Assembly (NCBI RefSeq): GCF_018398935.1
Contig: NZ_CP074694.1
Location: 2,220,001-2,252,000 of the forward strand
Length of the DNA stretch: 32,000 nucleotides
Origin: Telmatocola sphagniphila
GTDB taxonomy: Bacteria > Planctomycetota > Planctomycetia > Gemmatales > Gemmataceae
Reading direction: 5' to 3'
Of the stretch, positions 16,990-26,647 are shown piece after piece. Positions within the stretch are counted from its first letter, which is position 1; the number at the start of each line of letters is the position of its first letter. A program made the translations under genes and the position numbers. The notes under the pieces were generated by a model. That model was not told the DNA's origin. It was given only the letters and a program-made list of their open reading frames with translations, and did no database searches.

Positions 16990-17316
16990 ATGCTGCAGTT
17001 CCTTTACCGAATTCAACCAATTCGGCTCGGAATGCTAACGGAAGGCCCGACAGAATTGGAATCCAAGATCGTGAATGAGCACTTCGAGTATCTTGAAGGG
17101 CTTGTCAATGAGGAGGTAGTCCTCATGGCCGGTCGCACACTCCATGCCGACGAAAGTGCTTTTGGCATCGTCATCTTCGTTGCAGAATCAGACATCCAAG
17201 CGAAAGAAATTGTACATAATGACCCTGCAGTCCTGCGGGGCGTCATGCGAGCCGAGCTCTTTCCCTATCGAATTGCACTTTGGTCAAAGAAGGGTCCGAG
17301 CGATCCGGTAAATTGA
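16990..17316 (+). CDS. YciI-like (YCII-related) family protein
   Basis: 108 aa. MLQFLYRIQP..., HFEYLEGLVNEEVVLMAGR and IVHNDPAVLRGVMRAELFPYRIAL are typical of YciI-fold proteins. Confidence 0.7.
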   Translation: MLQFLYRIQPIRLGMLTEGPTELESKIVNEHFEYLEGLVNEEVVLMAGRTLHADESAFGIVIFVAESDIQAKEIVHNDPAVLRGVMRAELFPYRIALWSKKGPSDPVN

Positions 17317-17326
17317 ACGACTTTAC

Positions 17327-17356
17327 CTCTTGCTTGCAGACGGCAGCAAGCAAGAG
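17327..17356 (+). terminator. hairpin downstream of the YciI-like gene (non-canonical terminator candidate)
   Basis: 11-bp stem CTCTTGCTTGC/GCAAGCAAGAG with an 8-nt loop. There is no clear U-tract. Confidence 0.35.
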
Positions 17357-17574
17357 TCGTGCTGGCGCGACTGGTTTGATAAAAAGTTACTCGGTAACTA
17401 GGCGGACGGCAGCGATTCCTTCCAGCACAGTCCTATCTCCCAAAACCATTTGCCACATCTCCTGACTCTCGAATTCGACTTTCCTGTCCCTCGGAACATG
17501 ACAATGTTAGAAAATAGACTTAGAAAATTGGATTTTTCAGTTTTCCTGACCAAGATCATTTCAAGGAGTTTTTA

Positions 17575-18003
17575 ATGAGCAAGCTATGTCTGTCCTTCCT
17601 CGGCCTCGCCATGTTCCTATTCGCCAGTCCCGTCAAGGCGGCCGACGACAAACAAGCCTCCAGCTATGAAGAGTGTGCGAAGGCATGCAACGACTGTCAA
17701 CGAGTGTGTGACAAGTGCGTGACCCACTGCGTCACCGCTGTGGCCGAGGGGAAGAAAGAACACCTAACGACGCTCAAAGAATGCCTGGACTGTGCAACCT
17801 GCTGCACCGCCTGCGCCCAAATTTGTGCCAGAGGCGGCCCGTTTTGTGCCATCATGTGCGACGGCTGTGCGAAGATCTGCGACCAGTGTGCGACGGCATG
17901 TGAAAAGTTTCCCGACGACAAGCATATGAAGGTCTGTGCGGAAGAGTGCCGGAAATGCCAGAAAGCTTGCGAAGTAATGGCGAAGCAACTCCCGAGTAAG
18001 TAA
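17575..18003 (+). CDS. exported Cys-rich four-helix-bundle-type (DUF326-like) putative copper-binding protein
   Basis: AAGGAG lies 6 nt upstream of the ATG. Signal peptide MSKLCLSFLGLAMFLFASPVKA. The mature ~118 aa hold 22 Cys in repeated CxxxCxxC-type spacing (CAKACNDCQRVCDKCVTHC, CLDCATCCTACAQIC, CAIMCDGCAKICDQCATAC, CAEECRKCQKAC). Confidence 0.75.
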   Translation: MSKLCLSFLGLAMFLFASPVKAADDKQASSYEECAKACNDCQRVCDKCVTHCVTAVAEGKKEHLTTLKECLDCATCCTACAQICARGGPFCAIMCDGCAKICDQCATACEKFPDDKHMKVCAEECRKCQKACEVMAKQLPSK

Positions 18004-18397
18004 ATCTTCTCCCGGTTACATCGCTATAAAAGCCGAGATTAACCCGAAAAGGGAGTGTGTCCCGTTACAACGGGTTGTGCATTCTCGGAAGTGATTGAGT
18101 ATCTGTGTGCGTTGACGAGGAACTCAACGCAGCAGGATTGATTCGATCGAAAAGTTATCCGACTGAAAAAAAATCCGGCATCATCAGTATCACGCACCTC
18201 CGTTTGGCTACAGGATGATGAGAGCTGACAATTCAGAATACCAACCCCATGGGAGGACCACTTCTGCGCGAAATCAATCTCTTTCATAGACACAAATTGC
18301 GGAACCCGACCTCTTAGATTCTGCTTCCGAGTTCCGTTACAAGTCTTCAAGCTTTTTGATGAGACGATTAAAACTGAATCCTCGACCAGAGTATTTG

Positions 18398-21300
18398 TCA
18401 TGTTTTCACGGGTTGCAGCTTGGACAGCAGCTTCATTAGGTCTCCGGGGTCTACGGGCTTGACCAGGTGGTGGTTGAACCCGGCCTCGTGGGTTCGCCTC
18501 CGATCCTCTTCCTGCCCCCATCCGGTTTGGGCAATCATAACCACACCGTTACTACCCGGTAAGTCTCGGATGCGGCGGCAGGCTTCATAACCGTTCAGCT
18601 TCGGCAGCCCGATGTCCAGTACGATCACATCCGGCCTGAACTGGGCCGCCGTCACTACCGCCTGCTCGCCATCGTAGGCAGTGCAAATATCGCCTCCAAA
18701 AAGCTTCAACATTTCAGCCAAGCTGTCCGCACTGTCTCGGTTATCGTCTACGACCAGTATGCGAAGTGAGGTTTTGGGCTCCAGGTTGGGGCCGCCCGGT
18801 TCCGGCACTGGACGCAATTCCTTGACAACGGGCAAGGTCATAACGAACTCCGACCCTTTATCCAATCCATCACTTCTCACTTCAATTTGCCCACCATGCA
18901 TCTCTACCAGTCGCTTAACCAAGGCCAGGCCGATTCCCAGACCACCCTGGGACCGTTCCAGAGCGGTTTTCACCTGAGAGAACATTTCAAAAAGCTGCGG
19001 CTTCTGGTCATGGGCGATCCCAATGCCGCTGTCTCGCACTGACACCGCGACTTGGCCTCCGTGACGCTCAGCTGCGAATATGATCTGACCGTTCCTCTCG
19101 CTATATTTAGCGGCATTATTGAGCAGGTTTGAGAATACCTGTGCCAGTCGAATTTGATCAGCTTCTACTAAGACCCGCTCTGAGGGCAGCACGACTTCCA
19201 GAGAGTGGCTCATTTGCTCAATTAGCGGGCGGCTAGTTTCTAAGGCACTATTCATTATGGTTGTCAGGTCGATCCGCTCCTTGCGGAGTTCGAGTTTACC
19301 CTGATTGATTCGGCTCACATCCATGAGATCATCAACCAATCTGACCATTTGGCTTAACTGCCTCTCCATCATCGAAAGAGTCTTCTTTCCAGTGATGCTT
19401 TCGTGCCCAGATAAACGCAGCAGTTGGAGGCCGTTACGAATTGGAGCCAAAGGGTTGCGAAGTTCGTGCGCCAGGGTCGCCAGGAATTCGTCCTTTCGAC
19501 GATCGGCTTCCTTGAGCCTCGCATAAAGTTGGGAATTCTCGATGGCGATCGATGCTCGAGAAGCCAGATCTTTAGCGACGGTAAAATCATTATCTCCGTA
19601 GTGTCTGTCGAGTTTTGTTAATAAGAAAGTCAAAACTCCCACCGTCTCACCCTGTACTTTTAAAGGCACACCGATGTAAGACTTTGGGCTCAATTCCCGT
19701 AAGAGACGGAGATCATCCTGGTCCTGTGCCGCTTGTTGAAGCATCTCGTCCGTGATGATGCTCTGTATTTCGGCACAACCAGTTCGCAGAATGTTTGCAG
19801 GTCCATTGATGGAAATTCGAGCGACTCGGCGATGAATAGTCCGTACCAAATCTGCCTTTGAGGAATCCGTGTGGGCGACAATCAGTTGTCCATCGGATTT
19901 TGGCTTGTCAGCTATATCAACCACAACACAATCAGCAAATCCTGGTACAGCCAGTTGTGCAACTCGCTGCAGGGTATCCTCATAATCAACCAGTCCCGCG
20001 AGTGTCACACTAGCGTCGGCCAAAAAGCGAGCAGACCACTCCGCAATCTTGCGGTCCGTGATGTCATGGAAGGCAACTACCGCTGCCACAACTTTCTCTC
20101 CTACTCGAATTGGGCTAGCATTTACACGGACTATTACACGAGATCGATCGAACATTACATTTTCGATTTCCTCTCCCACAACCGTTTCTCCGCGCAAAGC
20201 TCGGTCGAGCGGCCATCGTCCGGTTGCGTAGCGACTTCCATCCGTAGCAAAAGCTTCTCGAATGTAGGTATTCCCGTAATCCTCAAGGCGTGTGCCTGGA
20301 TGGTATTCATGTTTTACGATACGGTGGGCTTCCTCATTTGTAAGCCGAATTTCTCCCGTTTCGGCGTCGGCAACAACGATAGCTGCAGGGACTTGTGAAA
20401 GCACAGCTTTAATAAAGGCGTTTTGGGTTTCCAGTTCCTTCAATAGTTCGATTTTAGTTTCTTCCGCCCGGATTCGATCGGTTATATCGAAGAAAACTGT
20501 TGCGAATTGTACGGGTCCGGTTTTGTAGGCGCTGACTTCGAACCATCGTCCCAGGGGTCCGAATTTTGATTGAAAGTGCGCAGCAACGCCTGATGAAACG
20601 ACCTCACCATAGCGTTCAAACCACAAGGGTTCCGAATCGGGAAATAGTTCTCTTACGGTTTTTCCAATTATTTCAGATCGCTTTAGACCAGTATGCCGTT
20701 CGAACGCTGGGTTCACTTCCAAATACCGAAGATCACAGGCTCGCCCAGTTTCGTCGACGATAATTTCATCGATTGCAAATCCTTCGCTCATTGTTTCAAA
20801 CAACAAGCGGAACCGCTCTTCACTCTTCATTAGCGAATTAGTGGCTTCCAGCCGCATTCGCGCCATTTGCAGGTGGGCGGTTACCCGGGCCAAAAGTTCC
20901 CTGGCCCCGAACGGCTTGACTAGATAATCATCGGCGCCGGCCTGCATGCCCTCGACCCGGCTTTCCTCTCCCGCTCGGGCAGAAAGCATGATTATGGGGA
21001 TATTGCAAGTTCGGGAATCGGCCCTCAGTTTCTGAATGAGCCCAAATCCATCCAGTCGGGGCATCATCACGTCAGTCAGGATCAGGTCGGGCCTCCGCTC
21101 TCTTACTACTGAGAGGGCTGCCTCGCCGTCTGCTACGGCCTCAACCCGAAACGTTCCGTTCAATAATCGGAGTATATATTGCCGCATGTCCGCGTTATCG
21201 TCGGCGACGAGCACGCGGGGCCGGACGTCGTCGGAGGCAAAAGCTGCATGAAAATTTGAAAGCGATGCCGTGTCAAAAAAGGAATCAGTGGTTGTTTTGT

Positions 21301-23146
21301 ATTGCTCGTCCGGAAGCCAACGCAACGCCTCTTCGACATAAGGTGAGGCTTGAGAAATCCCCCGAGTTCTGTTCTCGAACTCGATGATTCGGTCGGAGGA
21401 CAGGTGAGACGACCCGAACGGCAAGGAAACAGTGAACGTGGTACCCTTTCCCAATTCGCTCTCGGCACTCACATTTCCACCGTGCAATTTGACCAATTCC
21501 TGCACTAACGCCAGTCCGATGCCGCTCCCTTCGTGCGTCCGTCCCCGAGCGTTCTCAACTCGATGGAATCGCTCGAAAAGCCGGGGAATCTCTTCGGCGG
21601 GAATGCCAATGCCGGTGTCTCGGATCTTTAACTCGGCATGATCCCCCACTCGATGAATATGGATACTAATCGCGCCGTTGAAGGTATATTTAAAGGCATT
21701 GGACAGCAGGTTGAGGACGACTTTCTCCCACATCTCCGGGTCCACAAATACCGGCTCGCCCAACGGTGGACAATCGACCTCCAGACGGAGCCCGGCAAAC
21801 TCGCACGCCGACCGAAACGCGCTGGCTAAGTCGGTGGTTAGCTCGGCCAAGTCTGTTGGTTGGTACGCGGCCCGGACACGTCCGGCTTCGATTCGGGAGA
21901 AGTCCAATAGGGAGTTCACCAATCGAAGCAGCCTCTGACCATTGCGGTTGACGACTTCGAGTTCGTTCCGCACGGTCTCCGGTTTCAAGTCGTCGTTCCC
22001 GCGAGCGAGTAACCCTTCGATCGGGCCGAGCAAGAGAGTCAACGGAGTGCGATACTCGTGGCTCACATTCGAAAAGAATGCGGTCTTGGCCCGATCCAGC
22101 TCAGCGAGCGCCTCGGCCCTCCGCTTCTCCTCCTCATAAGCTCGAGCGCTGGCCACAGCGGCTGCGATGTGACCGGCAAGCAAATGGATGAACCCGCGAT
22201 ATTCTTCATTGAAGGGGAGCCGGGGGCTAATCCCAGCCACCAGGAACCCGGTTGGGGGCTGACCCGGTTTGACGAGCGGCACGACGATCGCGCGATGCGA
22301 AGGTTCCGGCCAAGCTCCCCCAGGGAGTGGACCGAACGATCGAGGCAGATCAACAATCTCCAGGGCTTGGCCTGTTTCGAACGCTCGACGGAGCGGCCAG
22401 CTGGGATCCCAGCCACCCAGATCGATGGTGACGGGACATGCAGAAGCCCCCCGATTCAACCCAGTATTACCGTAAAGGACCGCCTGTTGCCTGTTCTCGT
22501 CCACGAGGTAGATGAGTGCGAATGGTAGGTCGTGCGGGTTACCGTCGAGAATGCGGGCGGCTGTAATGCAAGCGTCCACTTCCGATCCGTCCCGGCCCGC
22601 CTTCCAGGCCGCTAGCTCTCGAAGGGTGCGCAAGCGGCGTTCACCGACCACCCGCGTGGTGGTTTCGAGTACAGCGTTGAATACTCCTTCGACGGCTCCG
22701 CTTTCGCCCCGTATCGGACTGAACGTGTAATCAAAGTAGCATTCCTCGGTGAAGCCATGGCGATGCATCGGCAGAAGTTGGTCCCGGCTACGGGTCGCTT
22801 CGCCTGTCGCCAGAACCCGCTCGAAAAGCGGTTCGATAATGTGCCAGATTTCCGGCCACGCTTCCCGGGCAGGTCGACCCAGAGTCCAAGGATGTTTTTT
22901 ACCAGGAATCGGACTCCAATCGTCGTTGTAAAGAAGTGTAAGATCGCTTCCCCAATAGATGGCAATGGGGAAGCTAGAGTTGAGGCATATACTCAGGGCC
23001 GAGCGCAAGCTTTGCGGCCAACCTATGACAGGTCCCAGAGCGGTCTGCGACCAGTCATAGGACCGGGTTCGTTCCCCCATCTCCCCTCCTCCGGCGAGAA
23101 AGGTGTGGGAGTCATTGCGGTCTGAATCACTCTGCGGATTCAACAC
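18398..23146 (-). CDS. 1582-aa tandem double hybrid sensor histidine kinase (PAS-GAF-HK-REC-PAS-PAS-GAF-HK-REC)
   Basis: H-box 1 is FSNVSHEYRTPL (His363, codon 22058-22060) and H-box 2 is LATLAHELRNPL (His1227, codon 19466-19468). There are two HATPase G-boxes (DTGIGIP..GSGIGLALV and DSGIGIA..GGLGIGLALV). There are two receivers (VLVADDN..LILTDVMMP..KPF and ILVVDDN..VIVLDIGLP..KPV). The start is either GTG 23146 or ATG 23080. Confidence 0.9.
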   Translation of the reverse strand: MLNPQSDSDRNDSHTFLAGGGEMGERTRSYDWSQTALGPVIGWPQSLRSALSICLNSSFPIAIYWGSDLTLLYNDDWSPIPGKKHPWTLGRPAREAWPEIWHIIEPLFERVLATGEATRSRDQLLPMHRHGFTEECYFDYTFSPIRGESGAVEGVFNAVLETTTRVVGERRLRTLRELAAWKAGRDGSEVDACITAARILDGNPHDLPFALIYLVDENRQQAVLYGNTGLNRGASACPVTIDLGGWDPSWPLRRAFETGQALEIVDLPRSFGPLPGGAWPEPSHRAIVVPLVKPGQPPTGFLVAGISPRLPFNEEYRGFIHLLAGHIAAAVASARAYEEEKRRAEALAELDRAKTAFFSNVSHEYRTPLTLLLGPIEGLLARGNDDLKPETVRNELEVVNRNGQRLLRLVNSLLDFSRIEAGRVRAAYQPTDLAELTTDLASAFRSACEFAGLRLEVDCPPLGEPVFVDPEMWEKVVLNLLSNAFKYTFNGAISIHIHRVGDHAELKIRDTGIGIPAEEIPRLFERFHRVENARGRTHEGSGIGLALVQELVKLHGGNVSAESELGKGTTFTVSLPFGSSHLSSDRIIEFENRTRGISQASPYVEEALRWLPDEQYKTTTDSFFDTASLSNFHAAFASDDVRPRVLVADDNADMRQYILRLLNGTFRVEAVADGEAALSVVRERRPDLILTDVMMPRLDGFGLIQKLRADSRTCNIPIIMLSARAGEESRVEGMQAGADDYLVKPFGARELLARVTAHLQMARMRLEATNSLMKSEERFRLLFETMSEGFAIDEIIVDETGRACDLRYLEVNPAFERHTGLKRSEIIGKTVRELFPDSEPLWFERYGEVVSSGVAAHFQSKFGPLGRWFEVSAYKTGPVQFATVFFDITDRIRAEETKIELLKELETQNAFIKAVLSQVPAAIVVADAETGEIRLTNEEAHRIVKHEYHPGTRLEDYGNTYIREAFATDGSRYATGRWPLDRALRGETVVGEEIENVMFDRSRVIVRVNASPIRVGEKVVAAVVAFHDITDRKIAEWSARFLADASVTLAGLVDYEDTLQRVAQLAVPGFADCVVVDIADKPKSDGQLIVAHTDSSKADLVRTIHRRVARISINGPANILRTGCAEIQSIITDEMLQQAAQDQDDLRLLRELSPKSYIGVPLKVQGETVGVLTFLLTKLDRHYGDNDFTVAKDLASRASIAIENSQLYARLKEADRRKDEFLATLAHELRNPLAPIRNGLQLLRLSGHESITGKKTLSMMERQLSQMVRLVDDLMDVSRINQGKLELRKERIDLTTIMNSALETSRPLIEQMSHSLEVVLPSERVLVEADQIRLAQVFSNLLNNAAKYSERNGQIIFAAERHGGQVAVSVRDSGIGIAHDQKPQLFEMFSQVKTALERSQGGLGIGLALVKRLVEMHGGQIEVRSDGLDKGSEFVMTLPVVKELRPVPEPGGPNLEPKTSLRILVVDDNRDSADSLAEMLKLFGGDICTAYDGEQAVVTAAQFRPDVIVLDIGLPKLNGYEACRRIRDLPGSNGVVMIAQTGWGQEEDRRRTHEAGFNHHLVKPVDPGDLMKLLSKLQPVKT

Positions 23147-23909
23147 GTGGCCGTCCTCCTCAATCTGGCTTTCCCTACTTGGGTTGTCAGTGCAAGAGTT
23201 CCGGTCGCTCTAACGGGAGAGCAGTGCTTTGGAGCCTACCCCCGTTGCAAAATCAACTAGATCAATTAGGAAATTATCTTAAGGTTGTTCAATAGATCTG
23301 GCAATAAACTAATTACTTCATACTCAGTCGCAGGTACTCATGCTTTTCTCAGAATGAGTTGTCTGTCTTCGATCAGTTTGTCCTGATTTACTCGGCAAAA
23401 AAGCTGACTAGCCGATCGAGACGTTCGCACAAATCCTGACTGACATTGCACTCATTGCATTTGAGAGGAGCGAAAATTCATTTTCATACTTCTTTTCAGT
23501 ACGATGAGGAATACTCCGACTTCTTTCAATTATTTTTCGAGTCTTCTTTTATCCAATTGACATCGGAAGCTACTCCTCGAATCGAACTCTCAAAAGACCA
23601 TAATTGCAGGTCAAGACCCGGACAACGATCCGTTATTTCTTGTCTTTTGCCATCCCAGACAATTTGGGGGATGACAGGCGTTATTTCACTGGAGGGTTTT
23701 CCAGTAGAAACACTCTGATCACGCAACCGGGCATATTTTTCCGCGAGGAGTTGGAAACTGCTTTTAAAACATTCCTTGGATAGCTTTCCCGCATATCGGC
23801 CTCTCCTTTCGACATTCTTCTTTCCGACGTAAATAGCCTGGGAGATGCGAATGACTCGAACTGTCGTTCCGAGGACGCGACGTAAACCGTATTACTTCCA
23901 AAAGCACGG

Positions 23910-24368
23910 ATGGTTAAAACAAACGCTGGGCTTTACCTGACAGGCTTTTTCCCACACAGACCTAAATCAATTATCCTCGCTCCGACTCATTCGAGTAGCT
24001 ACCATGTCAATCGCTCAATAACGGAATGTGCGAGAGGCAATCGAGCAAGCCGTTTCAGCGATTCAGTCCTCAAGGAGGAGGACACCGCTTTTGCGACGGC
24101 ATTCGAATGCTCTGCTCGAGTGCTAAGTGCCGTTCAACAGAGCGAGATTATTATCATCGACTGGTACGCGGGAAACTGTATCGAAGTTCTTCGAAAGGCA
24201 TTGGACACTAAAGAGCGGGCTGCCTTGGATGAGAACGAGCTTTATTTTTTGAAGGCGAAGCGCTTAAGCTTTGAGCAGAAGGTGACATTCTCCAAAGCGG
24301 TTTACGAGCCGAGCGGGTATTTCGACACTATCGAAATGAGGGAGAGAGGAAGAGAGAAACTCCAATAG
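23910..24368 (+). CDS. hypothetical protein (weak call)
   Basis: 152-aa ORF in an AT-richer, gene-poor stretch. No motif recognised. Confidence 0.3.
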   Translation: MVKTNAGLYLTGFFPHRPKSIILAPTHSSSYHVNRSITECARGNRASRFSDSVLKEEDTAFATAFECSARVLSAVQQSEIIIIDWYAGNCIEVLRKALDTKERAALDENELYFLKAKRLSFEQKVTFSKAVYEPSGYFDTIEMRERGREKLQ

Positions 24369-24523
24369 TCTTTGCTTTCAGTAGATCTGATACTGCTACG
24401 GGAAGCAGGCCGCTGTCTGAACGGGTGATGTAAATCCACTTATTCAGGAAATTCCTGATGCGCAACTCTCCCAACAGTGTTCTTAATTTGTGGAACGCCC
24501 ACGTTCTTTTGGGTGGGTGCTCC

Positions 24524-24724
24524 ATGTCAAATGTCGGACTTGAATATCAGATGCTAGTCGCAGAATATCTGGCTATACCGCTACAACATCGCGGATTGGC
24601 GAACGGAAGAAAGTTACTAAATCGGATGGCGACCGCTTGGGACAAAATGACCGAGTTCGATCAGCAAGAATTTTGGGATTCGCAAGAACTGCAGCTTGGA
24701 TCGCAGGAAACAGTGGAGTGCTAA
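24524..24724 (+). CDS. hypothetical small protein (weak call)
   Basis: Internal ATG of ORF 24458..24724 (MSNVGLEYQMLVAEYL...). No motif recognised. Confidence 0.25.
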   Translation: MSNVGLEYQMLVAEYLAIPLQHRGLANGRKLLNRMATAWDKMTEFDQQEFWDSQELQLGSQETVEC

Positions 24725-25469
24725 ACGCGTGAAAGTTCGACGTCGAGGTTCGAATTCAGATGACGCGGACCGGCGGCGGCTAGGCATGCTCGCTAAGCTT
24801 TCTGAGAGGCGAGTTGAGCAATTTGAAATCACCGGCATTAACTAAAAAGAGCCGTGCTACCTTTCGATAGCCGGCCCTTTTGCCCTTCATTTGACTCGAC
24901 TTTGGCAAAATTGAGTTTAATTGACAGCTCAAAAGATCCGCAATATTTTTCAGATCGAAAATTGACATATTTTGATCATTTCTGGGTCAAACCCGGTGAA
25001 AACGCTTACATTCTCAGCGCCAACAACCACGTTTCGGGACGCCAAGCAGCTAGTAACAAGCAACAAGCCAATGGAACAGTGCAGCGGAGTATAAGAACGG
25101 CTTTAGAGCGCTCCGCCTTCGCCGCCCTCTCCCGAGCTTAAGTGGATTATGGGAGGAAATAGGCTTGATTATCCGCGTTGGTGCGGTCGGTGTGTAGATC
25201 GGGATAACAGCAGAAGTGTGTCGAAACCGCTCGATACGAAATCTTTCAAGCTAACCAAGAACTTCTGCGTTTCCAAAATCAAAGCTTATCAGCCCAACTT
25301 GATTACCAAGAGAACTCATCGCTGCGAATATTGGTAAGGACTTCCCTTCGAATCAAGCATTCTTGGCCCTTGGCCGCTCGACTCAATCGCTTTCGCACTT
25401 TGGTACTTGCTCGGTTCAACTGTCCACTTCAGGCTCTTTTTCAATTTGGCCCGTTACAATTCCTTGATA

Positions 25470-25676
25470 ATGATAGCCAACAAGATTTGCAGTTCCTGTG
25501 GGAAAAGGCTGCCAGCCGCAGACTTCAATAGCTCGACAAAGTCAGCCGACGGGCTGGCGCGATCTTGCCGGGCGTGCATCAATGCCCTTCGGCGCGAGCG
25601 CTACCGAACAGGAGTCAAACACTCACGAAGTCAAGCTCGGTCAACGGTCCTATGGAACCGGCCAGCAGTCATGTGA
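25470..25676 (+). CDS. small zinc-ribbon protein (CxxC...CxxC)
   Basis: ATG at 25470. MIANKICSSCGKRLPAADFNSSTKSADGLARSCRACINALRRERY matches the K-x-C-x-x-C...F...DG...C-x-x-C pattern seen in stand-alone or N-terminal zinc ribbons. Its 3' end overlaps the ankyrin frame. Confidence 0.45.
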   Translation: MIANKICSSCGKRLPAADFNSSTKSADGLARSCRACINALRRERYRTGVKHSRSQARSTVLWNRPAVM

Positions 25677-26305
25677 CCCCGCTGCATGTCGCGTCTGCAT
25701 CCGATTGGAAATCTCATGGACAGGAGCAAATGGCAGTGCAGGTGCAGGCGGCAATGATTCTTGCCGAACATGGTGGCGATTTGAATGCGGTAGCATGTTA
25801 TCGAGGAATCGTCGACGCGACACCACTATTTTGTGCCTGCTGGACTTCTGAAAACCTCGCGCTTGTCCGCTGGCTACTGGGGCACGGAGCCGCAGCCACT
25901 AATCAATGCCTCCCGGCTGCGCTGGGACATCTTCAACGTCACAGGCGAGCGGCATACGACATTGCCGAGAGCCTGCTCGCCTATGGACTGGCCATCGATT
26001 ACATATCTGGCACTGGACGAACACTTCTGCAAGCGTTTGCTCATCAAGGGGTCCATCGGACCGTCGCGTGGTTGATCGCGCACGGCGCAGATGTCAACGC
26101 ACAGAGTTCCAGCGGCCGAACAGCGGTCCATTATGCGGCCGAACGGAACACGGGGCCGAAGACGTTGAAACTGCTCGTTGATGCGGGAGCCGATCTGGTG
26201 GCCCGCGACTCAGCTGGTCGCACGCCCCTGGAGATTGCCAAACTCAACGAAAAACCGCGCCTCGTCGAGTGGATTGCGAGTCGGGTTCGCGTGAAGCGGC
26301 GGTGA
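25652..26305 (+). CDS. ankyrin-repeat protein
   Basis: ANK repeat signatures: TPLHVAS, ATPLFCACWTSENLALVRWLLGHGA, GRTLLQAFAHQGVHRTVAWLIAHGADVNA, GRTAVHYAAERN...LKLLVDAGADL and GRTPLEIA. The frame is open from 25565; I prefer the ATG at 25652. Confidence 0.8.
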   Translation: MEPASSHVTPLHVASASDWKSHGQEQMAVQVQAAMILAEHGGDLNAVACYRGIVDATPLFCACWTSENLALVRWLLGHGAAATNQCLPAALGHLQRHRRAAYDIAESLLAYGLAIDYISGTGRTLLQAFAHQGVHRTVAWLIAHGADVNAQSSSGRTAVHYAAERNTGPKTLKLLVDAGADLVARDSAGRTPLEIAKLNEKPRLVEWIASRVRVKRR

Positions 26306-26375
26306 TTTGCGCACCGAGAGTGATCCTCCCCCCATATTATTTCAAGGCGGGAAGTTCGGAGCACGTTGAATCAGG

Positions 26376-26426
26376 GATAGCCCTAATTTCTGTTCCTGTC
26401 AGACGACCGATCGTGCGGCGAACGTC
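26376..26426. repeat. 51-bp direct repeat, copy A (partner 31496-31546)
   Basis: GATAGCCCTAATTTCTGTTCCTGTCAGACGACCGATCGTGCGGCGAACGTC matches 31496-31546 at 48/51 positions in the same orientation. Confidence 0.9.
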
Positions 26427-26647
26427 GCAGGTCGATTCCAAAGTACAACATCTATCGTTCATTTTTAATTATTGATAACTGAAGACGACACTTCAAGTTT
26501 CCAACTTGGTTGGAGAATCCCTTCTACTCAAAATCAAACTCTTTCAACGATACCACGCACAAAACTCATCTCTTGAAAAGAGTCAAATCCATTTTCAAAA
26601 AAAGTTCACTTACGGGGAGAAGCAAATTTAAAGATATAACAGGTAAA

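Noticed and set aside
18039-18521. 160-aa ORF overlapping the 3' end of the giant kinase
   Set aside because: It is in a different frame on the same strand and its upstream part overlaps the kinase's C-terminal receiver domain. Its N-terminus is an Arg/Pro-rich artefact, and its remainder runs into intergenic sequence.
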